The notes below the pieces were generated by a model, which was not told the DNA's origin, ran no database searches, and saw only the letters and a list, made by a program, of their open reading frames with translations. DNA of 59,959 bases, filler included, from Nitrospirae bacterium CG2_30_53_67 (GTDB taxonomy: Bacteria; CG2-30-53-67), in assembly GCA_001873285.1 (NCBI GenBank). It is 3 parts of 3 records of this genome, joined end to end, with 100 filler letters (N's around TTAATTAATTAA, not from the genome) between each part and the next. Parts side by side here need not be neighbours in the genome. Positions count along the whole stretch, not along the records: positions 1 to 14,569 come from MNYV01000093.1; positions 14,670 to 44,844 come from MNYV01000096.1; 1 more part is not named here. One strand, 5' to 3'. This document shows, piece after piece, positions 10,270-19,863 of this stretch. The translations under genes were made by a program, and so were the position numbers. Every line of letters starts with the position of its first letter. Position 1 is the stretch's first letter.

Positions 10270-10875
10270 TCAGCCCCTGTTCTTGATCACTCCCTGATGC
10301 TTCTGGATAAAAGAGACAATCTTCTGAAGGCATTCCGTGGCATAGTCTTCGATCATCTCTTCGATCTGGTGAAGGTCTCCGATATTACGGGTCAGGAACC
10401 GGTCCAGGAGGTTGTCCTGTCCGATGATCAGCGGGCTCCCGTAGCGTCCGATGCGTCGTGAGAGGACGTGATGGAGGGGGATACCGATATTCCGGTAGAG
10501 GAGCAGAATCTCTTTGGCCTCTTTTTCTTCAATTAGATGATCGAGGCGGAATTTATGGATGTACCCTTCAAAAGGGAGGATGCTCTGTCCGGAAAACCTG
10601 ACGGGTCCCATATCCCGTGGATTGTCGCCATCCAGGTCTTCCTCCCTGTAATGGACGATCAGGAGATCATGGACGAACATGTCGAGAAACGAAAAGGCAA
10701 GACTCAACGCCCCGATCAGGATACCGGTTTCCAGAGAGCGTGTGATCCCGGAGATCATGTATCCGGCAGAGCCGCCCTTGAGCGTCAGACGGAGATTTTC
10801 GTATTCCTTCTGAAGTTTCTTGATTTCAGCGACCTTTTTAGGTTCAAACTGTTTTTCCAGTGGTCGGATCGGCAT
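10270..10875 (-). CDS. hypothetical protein
   Basis: Long ORF filling the interval; ATG 10875 has a purine-rich RBS. Confidence 0.55.
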   Translation of the reverse strand: MPIRPLEKQFEPKKVAEIKKLQKEYENLRLTLKGGSAGYMISGITRSLETGILIGALSLAFSFLDMFVHDLLIVHYREEDLDGDNPRDMGPVRFSGQSILPFEGYIHKFRLDHLIEEKEAKEILLLYRNIGIPLHHVLSRRIGRYGSPLIIGQDNLLDRFLTRNIGDLHQIEEMIEDYATECLQKIVSFIQKHQGVIKNRG

Positions 10876-10994
10876 GACACCCCTTTCTTCCTGCATTCTG
10901 AGAAGGTACTTTCTTATATCACAGAATGGGGGAAGTTCCAAGAACAAATCAACACCCCGCCAAAGATGCGGTTTCTCAATTTAGGATAGGGCCA

Positions 10995-11163
10995 CTAAGT
11001 GGTCCTGTTCGTAAATATGGTAACGTACCGAGAGTGCCGTAGAGCAGTCTCATCAAGGCGCGCGACTGCGGCGTACCCCTCTGGTACGCCGCAAGGAGTG
11101 GAACGCCGAGGAGACTGCCCTACGGCACTCGAATGCGACCGTATTTACGAATAGGGCACTAAG
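10995..11163 (+). mobile_element. MITE family 1, full copy
   Basis: ~23-bp terminal inverted repeats (GTGGTCCTGTTCGTAAATATGGT), CTAAG at both ends; near-identical copies at 30280 and 49534. Confidence 0.85.
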
Positions 11164-11291
11164 GTAAGCAGGGCCTTCAGGACGGCGTCCACAGTGCCCT
11201 CTGCGGCCTCACAATCGTCCGGGTCCATGAAAAAGAGCCGCCGCGCCCGCTGCCAGGGTTCGGGGAACCCGGCACGAATGAAACAGCGGAT

Positions 11292-11320
11292 TTGACAAGG
11301 TTCACGAAATCGGTTTTAAT
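11292..11320 (+). promoter_or_regulatory. sigma70-type promoter of the redoxin gene
   Basis: TTGACA-17 nt-TTTAAT. Confidence 0.5.
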
Positions 11321-11370
11321 AAGAAGTGTTAAGAAACTGGAGATACCCGAAAATTCAAAGGAGTGATACC

Positions 11371-11925
11371 ATGACACTGACGGCTTCCAACATGCTTCCT
11401 TTGGGCACGATCGCTCCTCCCTTCACCCTTCCGGACCCGGTGGAGGGGGACGAGAAGCGCCTCAATGAACTCAAATCGGACAAGGCCACGGTGGTCATGT
11501 TCATCTGCAACCATTGCCCCTATGTGAAGCATATCCGGGAAGAGCTGGTCAGTGTCTCAAGTGAATATATCAAGAAAGGGATCTCCTTCGTGGCCGTCAA
11601 TGCCAATGATGCGGGAAACTATCCGGACGACTCGCCGCAACGGATGAAGGAGGTAGCGGAAGCATTCGGCTATCCTTTCCCCTACCTCTATGATGAATCC
11701 CAGGAGACCGCCAGGGCCTATAAGGCCGCCTGCACCCCGGACTTTTATGTCTTTGACGGGGATTTGAAGCTCGTCTACCGCGGGCAGTTCGATGATTCGA
11801 GGCCGGGGAGCGGAATCCCGGTGACCGGAAAGGATTTGCGCGGCGCCCTGGATCGGATCTTGCGGGGCGAACCCGTCAGTCCGGACCAGAAGCCGAGCAT
11901 GGGGTGCAACATCAAGTGGAAGTGA
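11371..11925 (+). CDS. thioredoxin-fold AhpC/TSA (redoxin) family protein
   Basis: FICNHCPYV, AACTPDF, YRGQFDD, PSMGCNIKWK. Confidence 0.92.
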   Translation: MTLTASNMLPLGTIAPPFTLPDPVEGDEKRLNELKSDKATVVMFICNHCPYVKHIREELVSVSSEYIKKGISFVAVNANDAGNYPDDSPQRMKEVAEAFGYPFPYLYDESQETARAYKAACTPDFYVFDGDLKLVYRGQFDDSRPGSGIPVTGKDLRGALDRILRGEPVSPDQKPSMGCNIKWK

Positions 11926-11995
11926 CCCGCAGGCCGTGTGGGCTGCAGGGGATCTATATTTCAGAAGAGGCATCCGATATCAAAAGGAGATCCAT

Positions 11996-12553
11996 ATGGC
12001 AAGGGTAGTCCTGATTCTTGCGGATGGGTTTGAGGAAGTGGAGGCCATGGCCGTCGTGGATGTGCTGAGAAGGGCGGAGATCGAGGTGCTGATCGCCGGC
12101 CTGCATCAAGGGCCCGTGACAAGCGCCCGCAAGGTCAAGGTCATTCCCGACACGGTGGTGGATTCCATACGGGTTGAGGACTTTGATATGCTTGTCCTGC
12201 CCGGCGGACAGCCAGGCTCAGACCATCTCAATGCCGACAGGCGGGTAAGGGATCTGATCAGGGACTTCCATGATAAAGGGAAGCTTATCGGAGCGATCTG
12301 CGCGGCGCCTTATGTGCTTGCCGATGCAGGCATCCTCGACGGAAGGCGTGTGACCTCCTACCCCTCTTACAGGGACAAGCTCGGCGCCGCTCTCTATGAG
12401 GAGAAGACCGTGGTCGAGGACGGGAACATCCTGACCAGCCGGGGGCCCGGCACGGCGCTCTGCTTCGGCCTCGCGATTGTCCGGAGGATGATCGGGAAGC
12501 AAAAGGCGGAGCAGATCAGGGAGGCCATGCTGGCGCCGCAGGTCTGCGAGTGA
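11996..12553 (+). CDS. DJ-1/PfpI family protein (YajL/ThiJ-like)
   Basis: GFEEVEA, VLPGG, AICAAP, TSRGPGTA; AGGAG RBS. Confidence 0.92.
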   Translation: MARVVLILADGFEEVEAMAVVDVLRRAEIEVLIAGLHQGPVTSARKVKVIPDTVVDSIRVEDFDMLVLPGGQPGSDHLNADRRVRDLIRDFHDKGKLIGAICAAPYVLADAGILDGRRVTSYPSYRDKLGAALYEEKTVVEDGNILTSRGPGTALCFGLAIVRRMIGKQKAEQIREAMLAPQVCE

Positions 12554-12575
12554 AGTCTCTTCATCCGCGGGATCG

Positions 12576-12941
12576 TCACTTTTTTGCTTGTGAACCCATG
12601 AACCGTATATAGATAAAGAGATTGAAGGCAAGAACCAGGATGCCCAGGAGGACCTGAATCTTCCGCGTGAGCATCCCGGGATAAAGGACCGGAAGAATGT
12701 AGTGTTCTACAAACCCGCCCGAATAGCCTGCCTCTCCGCCCATCATGCGGAGCCGGTTTTCTAATGGGGTAAGCGGGCAGACCCACCCCGCAAATTCAAT
12801 AAGCGCGGCCCAAATCACGGCCGGCACATGCAGCCAAATGATTTTCGGCCGGCTGAATGTCAGCGCCGCGCCGAAAACCGCGAAGAGGATGAAGGCGACG
12901 TGGCCTATCACAAGGAGATCTGCAAGGAGACGGTAGGGCAT
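12576..12941 (-). CDS. DUF2784-like membrane protein
   Basis: LADL..HVAFILF, WLHVPA, WVCPLTPLEN, GFVEHY. Confidence 0.85.
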   Translation of the reverse strand: MPYRLLADLLVIGHVAFILFAVFGAALTFSRPKIIWLHVPAVIWAALIEFAGWVCPLTPLENRLRMMGGEAGYSGGFVEHYILPVLYPGMLTRKIQVLLGILVLAFNLFIYIRFMGSQAKK

Positions 12942-13082
12942 GGTTTTATACTCCACAAACGCCGTATCCGAATTATTGCATAAAACATGGTCCGTGTGAA
13001 TAATAAACAACACTCTTCCGCGATGACCCAAAAGATAAGCGATGGTCAAAATAATGTAGTTACAGATTGTAAATCGTATTGA

Positions 13083-14129
13083 CAATTTGTAAAACTGGAA
13101 GAGCCGGACCAAATGGAATTTGCCAATGAAGACCCGCGGGGCTTTCTTGCCGGATATCCTGACGGGGCGGTGCTGGATGAGGTCCAACGCTGCCCTCCAT
13201 TATTTTCTTACCTCCAGGGAATCGTGGATAAAAAAAGAGAGGCGGGTCTGTTTGTCTTGACCGGCTCCCGGCAGTTTGGTCTCATTTCCGGAATTACCCA
13301 GTCGCTTGCAGGCCGAGTGGGCATTCTGCATCTGCTGCCTTTTTCGCTGACGGAGCTCAAAACCGGCAAAATAGCGCCCGAAGGTTTGAATGAAATGCTC
13401 TTTAAAGGATTCTATCCCCCTCTCTATGACCGTGAGCTTTCACCTTCGGGGTGGTATGCCAATTATGTTTTTACCTATGTTGAGCGGGACGTCCGGCAGA
13501 TGATCAGCGTGCGGGATCTGAGCGTCTTTCAGAGGTTTGTCCGTATGTGCGCTGCCAGAACCGGACAGATCCTGAATCTCTCCGGACTGGCGAATGACTG
13601 CGGTATTACCCACAACACGGCAAGGGCGTGGCTATCGGTATTGGAGGCGAGTTATATCATATTTTTACTCCAGCCCCATCACAGAAATTTTGGAAAGAGA
13701 CTGATAAAAACCCCCAAGCTTTATTTTTACGATACCGGTCTTGCGGCATGGCTCTTGGGTATCCAGGATATCGGGCAAATGTCTATACACGCCATGCGGG
13801 GTTCTCTTTTTGAAAGCTGGGTTGTCAGTGAGTTGTTAAAGGGGAGATACAACAGGGGACTGGCTTCAAACCTTTATTTCTGGAGAGACAACACGGGAAA
13901 TGAGATTGATGTGCTGGTTGAAAAAGCGGATACCCTTATTCCAATAGAGATAAAATCAGGCCAGACCATAACAAAGGACTACTTTGCAGGGATTAAGAAG
14001 TGGCTCAAGATCACTGACAATGTTGCGAAACACCCCTATATTGTATACGGCGGCAACGAAGGCCAAAGACGACTGGGTGTAGAGGTCTTGCCTTGGAGAG
14101 ATATAGGAAAGGTGTCTGCAAAGGTATAA
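13083..14129 (+). pseudogene. 5'-truncated AAA_14/DUF4143 ATP-binding protein
   Basis: Has LDEVQR, LTGS, SLAGR and KTPKLYFYDTG but no Walker A. The frame is closed by TGA at 13080; first ATG is 13113. Confidence 0.7.
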
Positions 14130-14241
14130 TGTATTTGTTTTTTGCGCTCACAGATTTGTTCTTGAAAGGGGGCCGGAATAAGGGTAAGGTATTCACCTAC
14201 CCAATAATGAATGTTTTCATAACGTCGGACAGTGCAGCCTT

Positions 14242-14569
14242 ATGTTATTGAAGAGAAAGACGGCCCTAAGTTTTTTTATCAGCGCCTCGATCATTGCCAT
14301 ACTGGTAGGCTTTGAGTATGTCAGCTTCGTTAAAATCAGAAATGAAATCCATCTCCTTGAAATTACGGACACCATCAGGAGTGAGTCCTTACAACTCAGA
14401 CGGCATGAGAAGAATTTTTTCCTTTACCCTCTTAAGGCGGAAGAGGAATCAGAGGCCGTCTTCAAGCGTATCGGCGTGCTGAAGAGTATCCTGAAAGATC
14501 ATCTTTCCAAGGACAATACCGGTAGGTTTCCCCGCTTGCAGATCTACATCCAGGAGTACGAGCAGAGAT
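14242..14569 (+). CDS. membrane sensor protein N-terminus, probable histidine kinase (cut by contig end)
   Basis: TM segment followed by LQLRRHEKNFFLY helical sensor motif. Confidence 0.6.
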
Positions 14570-14669
14570 NNNNNNNNNNNNNNNNNNNNNNNNNNNNNNN
14601 NNNNNNNNNNNNNTTAATTAATTAANNNNNNNNNNNNNNNNNNNNNNNNNNNNNNNNNNNNNNNNNNNN
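14570..14669. other. artificial contig linker
   Basis: 44 N + TTAATTAATTAA (stops in all six frames) + 44 N. Confidence 0.98.
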
Positions 14670-14763
14670 CCGGTCAAGCCCCGGTAAACCGAGGGCAAGC
14701 CGGACAATGACAAACTAATTACGACTTCTGTCACTGTGTATATTTACGAATTGGGCCGCTAAG
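14670..14763. repeat. end of REP-like element (CAAGCCGGACAATGAC) plus MITE family 1 terminal repeat
   Basis: TATTTACGAATTGGGCCGCTAAG (14741-14763) matches the family-1 TIR. GGACAATGAC is the reverse complement of the start of the 58533 element. Confidence 0.6.
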
Positions 14764-14768
14764 GTTTC

Positions 14769-15785
14769 CTATTTTTTCTGCACTGCGACATCGATCATCT
14801 CTTTTATCACATCCTGGATTTTGTAGCCGCGCTCTTTTGCCGACATGATAAACCCCGAGTCAGAAGCAATGCACGGATTGGCATTCGCCTCGATCACATA
14901 GACCTTCCCTTCCGGACTCAAACGAATATCCACCCGTGCGTATCCCCGCAGGTTGAACGCATGCCAGCAGTCTAATGCCGTCTCTTTGATGGCTTCGATG
15001 GGGGCGTTCTCAGGGTTGAACGTTCTCACCGTATGGTGATATTCAAAGGAGTTTTTGTCCCACTTCGCATGGTAGTTGACGATCCTCGGTTTTTTTTCGG
15101 GCCAGCTTTCAAAGACCATTTCAGCCACGGGCAGGACCTCCACGGTCCCGTCTCGATGTTCGAGCAATGAGATGTTGAACTCTCTCCCATCGATGAACTG
15201 CTCGATCAGGAGCGGCTGGCCTTTGTGCCTTTTGTATATTTCGGGAAGTTCAGGGAGAAGCGCCGCAAGGTCATGGAACACGGAACGATCATCTATGCCT
15301 ACGGATGCATCCTCGCAGGCGGGTTTGATGATGACGGGCGGGTTGAGTGCGATCCGGAAATCAGGACCGCACGCCGGGTTACTCCTGTACTGATCCCAGG
15401 AAGGGGTGGGGATGCCCCGGGCCGTCAGGATGGACTTGGCGAGGATCTTGTCCGTGGTGGTCTGAAGGGCGTCAAATGGGGAACCGGTATGAGGGTAACC
15501 CGAAATTTCAAAGAACGAGGCGACTACGGGGAAATACCTCTGCTGGTCCCTCACGCTTTCGACCAGGTTAAAAACCACGTCAGGAGAGTGCCGTTTTAAC
15601 TGTTTGAGGAGAAGGCAGAGTTCCTCGCTTAATGCGCAGGTCTGAGATCCGCCGTCGAGAATAAAGGTTTCATAATCATATCCGAGATGATCCAGGGCAT
15701 CGATGATCAGCTCCACTTCGTCGAGCACGTCCTCTGAATCGGGTTTGCCGGTGATGGGTTGATTGTAAAAAAGCGCGACTTTCAT
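14769..15785 (-). CDS. D-Ala-D-Ala ligase-like ATP-grasp enzyme (2)
   Basis: VFNLVES, TDKILAK, KPACEDASVGI, EQFIDGREF, YARVDIR, EANANP. Confidence 0.9.
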   Translation of the reverse strand: MKVALFYNQPITGKPDSEDVLDEVELIIDALDHLGYDYETFILDGGSQTCALSEELCLLLKQLKRHSPDVVFNLVESVRDQQRYFPVVASFFEISGYPHTGSPFDALQTTTDKILAKSILTARGIPTPSWDQYRSNPACGPDFRIALNPPVIIKPACEDASVGIDDRSVFHDLAALLPELPEIYKRHKGQPLLIEQFIDGREFNISLLEHRDGTVEVLPVAEMVFESWPEKKPRIVNYHAKWDKNSFEYHHTVRTFNPENAPIEAIKETALDCWHAFNLRGYARVDIRLSPEGKVYVIEANANPCIASDSGFIMSAKERGYKIQDVIKEMIDVAVQKK

Positions 15786-15803
15786 ATAAAAAGAGTGACC
15801 TGA

Positions 15804-16838
15804 CTAATTGAGCGTAGATGTGCGGGAGTCATGTTTAAACACGCGGTCTTTTGCTTTCCTCTCACGAGCGGAACGAATGATATCCGAGATCAGTTGTCTG
15901 TACCCGATTCCCGCCTTGCTGCACAGGATGGGAAGGTCGGAATGGGTCGGGTTAAGGCCGGCCAGAGGATTCATTTCGAGGAAATAAAGCTTCCCGTTCT
16001 TGTCGGCTTTGAGATCCAGCCTGCCTGCATCCCGGCATCCAAGCGCCCGGTATGCCCTGATCGCGACATCCGATGCCTCTTGGATGATCGCCTTGTCCTT
16101 CACAAGGAGATACTCCACCCTCTCTTCGCAGAACTCCTTATTGGCGAAGGTATAGACAAGCGGTTCCGCGTTCTGGTTGAGCTTGACCTCGAGAACTCCG
16201 ATCACCCTGGCCTGGTTTTCGGTCCCCACGATGCCGATGGTGAATTCCCTGCCGGGGAGATAGGTCTCGACGAGAACGGGCTGGTGATACCGGATGAGCA
16301 GCGCCGAGCACTGCCTCTTCAATGCGTCCATGTCCCATACGATGGATTCGGCGGTGATCCCTTTGCCGGTCCCCTCGGAGACCGGTTTGGTAAAGAGCGG
16401 GAAGGAGGTCCCAAGGCTGATGGCGCTCTTTTCCAGGTTTTGCATGGAGTCCACGGTGAGGGATTCCGGTGTGGGAATCCCCGCGTCCCTGACCACGCTC
16501 TTGGCCACGGCCTTGTCCATACAGACGGCAAGGGTTAAGGGATCGCTGAAGGTGTAGGGGATTTGATAGGCCTCGAGGAGCGCGGGCACCTGGGCCTCCC
16601 TGTTTCTTCCGTGACACCCTTCCGAGATGTTGAAGACGAGGTCCCATCTTTCGCCTGCGGATAGCCGTCTGGACAGTTCAAATATATTGCCGACCCTGAC
16701 GGCTTCGTGATCCAGGCTGCTCAGGGTCTCTTCAAGGGCACGGATGGTCTCCTCGCTGTCGAACTCGGCGGTCTCCTCTTCAGTGAATCCCATTTCAAGA
16801 TATTCTTTCCTCAGATCATAGGTCAGACCGATCTTCAT
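15804..16838 (-). CDS. D-Ala-D-Ala ligase-like ATP-grasp enzyme (1)
   Basis: VFNISEG, REAQVP, KPVSEGTGKGI, ETYLPGREFT, GRLD, EMNPLAGL. Confidence 0.9.
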   Translation of the reverse strand: MKIGLTYDLRKEYLEMGFTEEETAEFDSEETIRALEETLSSLDHEAVRVGNIFELSRRLSAGERWDLVFNISEGCHGRNREAQVPALLEAYQIPYTFSDPLTLAVCMDKAVAKSVVRDAGIPTPESLTVDSMQNLEKSAISLGTSFPLFTKPVSEGTGKGITAESIVWDMDALKRQCSALLIRYHQPVLVETYLPGREFTIGIVGTENQARVIGVLEVKLNQNAEPLVYTFANKEFCEERVEYLLVKDKAIIQEASDVAIRAYRALGCRDAGRLDLKADKNGKLYFLEMNPLAGLNPTHSDLPILCSKAGIGYRQLISDIIRSARERKAKDRVFKHDSRTSTLN

Positions 16839-18307
16839 CTGGTCTCTCCTTGTATCTTGAAAAGAGAGTTTTTCTGTTTTCTCCTTCGGTATCTCGGGTT
16901 TTCCTCCGGGACCAAGGCCTGCTTATTCCCACGGATGAGCTGAGCGGCGCCGGAATCCTTGCCGTTGCCGTTACCGTTCTTCCGTCTCGGCCTTATAAAG
17001 TCGTTCTCCTGAGGATTGTAATACTTCACAATCATCCCCTCATAATTTCTCAGGATCACATCCTTGTCTATGGTGGACAGGAGATAGAATGGCTGCAGTG
17101 GAATCTTGCCTCCTCCGCCGGGGGCATCCACGACAAAGGTGGGGATGCAGAGGCCGCCGGTATAGCCGCGCATCAGCTCGATGATTTCCATCCCTTTCCA
17201 GATGCTGGTCCTGAAATGTTCAACCCCTTTCACCGGGTCGCATTGGAAGAGATAATACGGCCTGACCATGATCCTCTGCAGGGCGTGGCAGAGTTCTTTC
17301 ATCACTTCCACCGAGTCGTTGATGCCCTTCAGCAGGACGGATTGGTTGGAGACCGGGATGCCGGCCCGGAGGAGCTTGTCGCAGGCCTCCTGCGCCTCGG
17401 GGGTCACCTCTCTGGGATGGTTGAACTGGGTATTCACCCAGAGGGGCCTGTGTTTTGCAAGCATCTTTGCAAGGTCGTCCGTGATCCTCATGGGAAGCAC
17501 CACGGGGGCCCGAGTGCCGATTCTCAGGACTTCGACGTGGGAGATCTTCCTGAGTTCACCCAGGAACCAGTCGAGCACGTCCAGGTTCATCATGAGGGGA
17601 TCGCCGCCTGAGACGATGACCTCTCTCAACTCCGGCGTGGCCCGGACGTACTCGATCATGGCCAGAAGGTCGGTCCTGGATCGGATGGTCTCACCTTCGT
17701 GCCATATCCTCTTCCGGGTACAATGCCGGCAATACATGGCGCAGGTGTTCGTAATGACCGCGAGCACCCGGTCGGGATACCTGTGAACCAGCCCGGGCGC
17801 CTGCATGTCTTCTTCTTCTTCAAGGGGGTCATTGTCGCCGACCATCTGAAAGTCCACTTCCTTAAGATCGGGAAGACACTGTTTCATGATCGGGTCCTCA
17901 GGGTTGGACCAGTCAATGAGGGACAGGTAATACGGCGTGATGGAGTAATGAAACGTCTCGATCAGCCGTTTGTATTTTGGGATCTGATAGGGTTTCAGAT
18001 TAAGAATCTCGGCCAGGGTGTCGATCTTTCTGATTCTGTTGGCCGCCTGCCACCTCCAGTCGTTCCATTCCTCCTGGGTGACGTCCGGCCATAACTTGCC
18101 GACCCAATCATCATTTTTGAAGAGTTCTTCATTTTTTTGAGGTGAAATGTAATGGATTTTACAGCCTTGGATTCCGAGAGGGGTCTTTTTCCCATTTCCG
18201 TTTTTCGGGCAGGAGAGCAACGTACTGGGAGGTTGTTCATCTTCTATGGTTGTAGTGCTTTGACTGGGAGGTTGATCGTCTTCTTTTGTTAACACCTGAT
18301 GCTCCAT
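16835..18307 (-). CDS. kamA: KamA-family radical SAM aminomutase (lysine 2,3-aminomutase-like)
   Basis: HRYPDR, CAMYCRHC, SGGDP, NQSVLLKG, PYYLFQCD, PGGGGK (PLP Lys). Confidence 0.92.
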   Translation of the reverse strand: MEHQVLTKEDDQPPSQSTTTIEDEQPPSTLLSCPKNGNGKKTPLGIQGCKIHYISPQKNEELFKNDDWVGKLWPDVTQEEWNDWRWQAANRIRKIDTLAEILNLKPYQIPKYKRLIETFHYSITPYYLSLIDWSNPEDPIMKQCLPDLKEVDFQMVGDNDPLEEEEDMQAPGLVHRYPDRVLAVITNTCAMYCRHCTRKRIWHEGETIRSRTDLLAMIEYVRATPELREVIVSGGDPLMMNLDVLDWFLGELRKISHVEVLRIGTRAPVVLPMRITDDLAKMLAKHRPLWVNTQFNHPREVTPEAQEACDKLLRAGIPVSNQSVLLKGINDSVEVMKELCHALQRIMVRPYYLFQCDPVKGVEHFRTSIWKGMEIIELMRGYTGGLCIPTFVVDAPGGGGKIPLQPFYLLSTIDKDVILRNYEGMIVKYYNPQENDFIRPRRKNGNGNGKDSGAAQLIRGNKQALVPEENPRYRRRKQKNSLFKIQGETR

Positions 18308-18611
18308 GGCCTTCTCCTTAATAAATTCAGATCGTCATAGGGATCATCTTTAGTCTCCCCTGTGGTTACTTACGATCTGTTGGGTTTAGAGAGTCTGTAC
18401 CATACAATATATGGTGATGTCAAGGGCAAATCTAAAAAAATAAACAATGTCCTCATTTTTTATCAGAACCGGCGCTGAACGATCGGGTCAGGCCGCTGAG
18501 CTTTCGATCTATCCATGCTTCATATCACGCTTTTATGACATATTATATCAGATTTGATTGGTCATTTCTAATTTTATTTATAAAAAAGAAAGAAAATATT
18601 TTGAGCCCTTA

Positions 18612-18664
18612 TGTCAACATACATCCTCTTCGATGTTGACAATACCCGGATTTGTCTTTACACT
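18612..18664 (+). promoter_or_regulatory. BirA-type operator overlapping the sigma70 promoter of the bio operon
   Basis: TGTCAAC-N16-GTTGACA (18612-18641). Its right half is the -35 TTGACA, followed by 17 nt and TACACT. Confidence 0.8.
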
Positions 18665-18742
18665 CTTGAAAAATAAGGGCCGAGCGTCATCGGGTTAAAG
18701 GGTTTCAGTTTTTTCCTCTTGAGAGTTTGCTTGCGGTTCAAT

Positions 18743-18766
18743 ATTTCACTTGAACCCTTGAACCCT
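18743..18766 (+). repeat. fragment of the family-2 right arm
   Basis: ATTTCACTTGAACCCTTGAACCCT is identical to 25961-25984. Confidence 0.6.
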
Positions 18767-18819
18767 AATACAGATCTTGCTGCCTGTGTGCCGTGTATAA
18801 GGGAAGGTCGGAGTCTGAA

Positions 18820-19803
18820 ATGCATGCAGAGATTAAAGCGGTTCTGAAGGGAGTCCTTGATAGAGATCCCTTGACCCGGGAGCAGGCCCTGATGTTGGCC
18901 GAAACCCCGCCCCAGGACCTCCCGGAAATTCTAAACGCCGCACGACGCGTCCGTGAGACCCATCGGGGAGACGTGGTGAGTCTCTGTGCCATCATCAATG
19001 CCAAATCCGGGCGCTGTTCCGAGGATTGCCGCTTCTGCGCCCAGTCCCTGCGGTATCAGACCGGGGTCAAGGCCTATCCGCTGATCCCCGATCAGAGGAT
19101 CCTGGATGGATGGGAGCGTTCGGCGCAGGATGGGGTGAGTTTTTTCTGTATCGTGACCAGCGGGAGGCGCGCCGAGCCGGATGAGCTGGAGAGGATCCGG
19201 GGGGTCCTGCAGAGGATGCGGGAGGCGGGGAAGGTCCGCCCGTGCGCCTCTCTGGGGGCGCTAAACCTTGAGGACCTCGTAGGGCTCAGGGAGGCCGGCC
19301 TCGTCCGTTACCATCACAACATTGAGACCGCCCGCAGTTTTTATGCATCGGTCTGCACCACCCATTCCTATGACGAGCGCGTGCGGACCGTGCTGAATGC
19401 CGGGAAGGCGGGACTTCAGGTCTGCTCAGGAGGGATCCTCGGCATGGGGGAGACCATGGCGCAGCGGGTCGAGATGGCCATGGCCCTTCGGGACCTGCAG
19501 GTCGATTCCATCCCCCTGAATTTTTTGAACCCGATTCCAGGAACTCCCCTGGCGGGGAAGGGAATTCTGGCCCGGGATGAGATATTGAAGACCGTGGCCC
19601 TGTTCCGCTTGATCAACCCGGATCGCGAGATCCGCGCCTGTGCAGGACGGGAGGTCCATCTGGGCGAGGAGCAGGGGATGCTCTTTGATGCCGGGGTCGA
19701 CGGGATTCTGACCGGGGATTACCTGACCACAAAAGGAACCCCTCCGGGAAAAGACCGGGAGGTCATCCTATCGCATGGTTTGAGGGTCGCGCCTGATGCG
19801 TGA
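18820..19803 (+). CDS. bioB: biotin synthase
   Basis: NAKSGRCSEDCRFCAQS, YHHNIET, CSGGILGMGE, PLNFLNP, GDYLTT. Confidence 0.97.
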   Translation: MHAEIKAVLKGVLDRDPLTREQALMLAETPPQDLPEILNAARRVRETHRGDVVSLCAIINAKSGRCSEDCRFCAQSLRYQTGVKAYPLIPDQRILDGWERSAQDGVSFFCIVTSGRRAEPDELERIRGVLQRMREAGKVRPCASLGALNLEDLVGLREAGLVRYHHNIETARSFYASVCTTHSYDERVRTVLNAGKAGLQVCSGGILGMGETMAQRVEMAMALRDLQVDSIPLNFLNPIPGTPLAGKGILARDEILKTVALFRLINPDREIRACAGREVHLGEEQGMLFDAGVDGILTGDYLTTKGTPPGKDREVILSHGLRVAPDA

Positions 19804-19863
19804 GGGGATGCAGGAGAGAGAACGCTACAGTGTCCGGATGCACATTGATCACGGAGATCAGTG

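Noticed and set aside
11923..11960. Sec readthrough at the TGA of the redoxin gene
   Set aside because: The protein ends at the family's normal GCNIKWK terminus, and no GGUC-type hairpin follows.
14570..14669. TTAATTAATTAA palindrome within Ns (also 44845-44944)
   Set aside because: Identical 100-nt artificial linkers; no synteny should be inferred across them.
14769..16838. Calling these genes housekeeping ddl
   Set aside because: Two divergent paralogues in an operon with kamA and no dcw context; the substrate is unknown.
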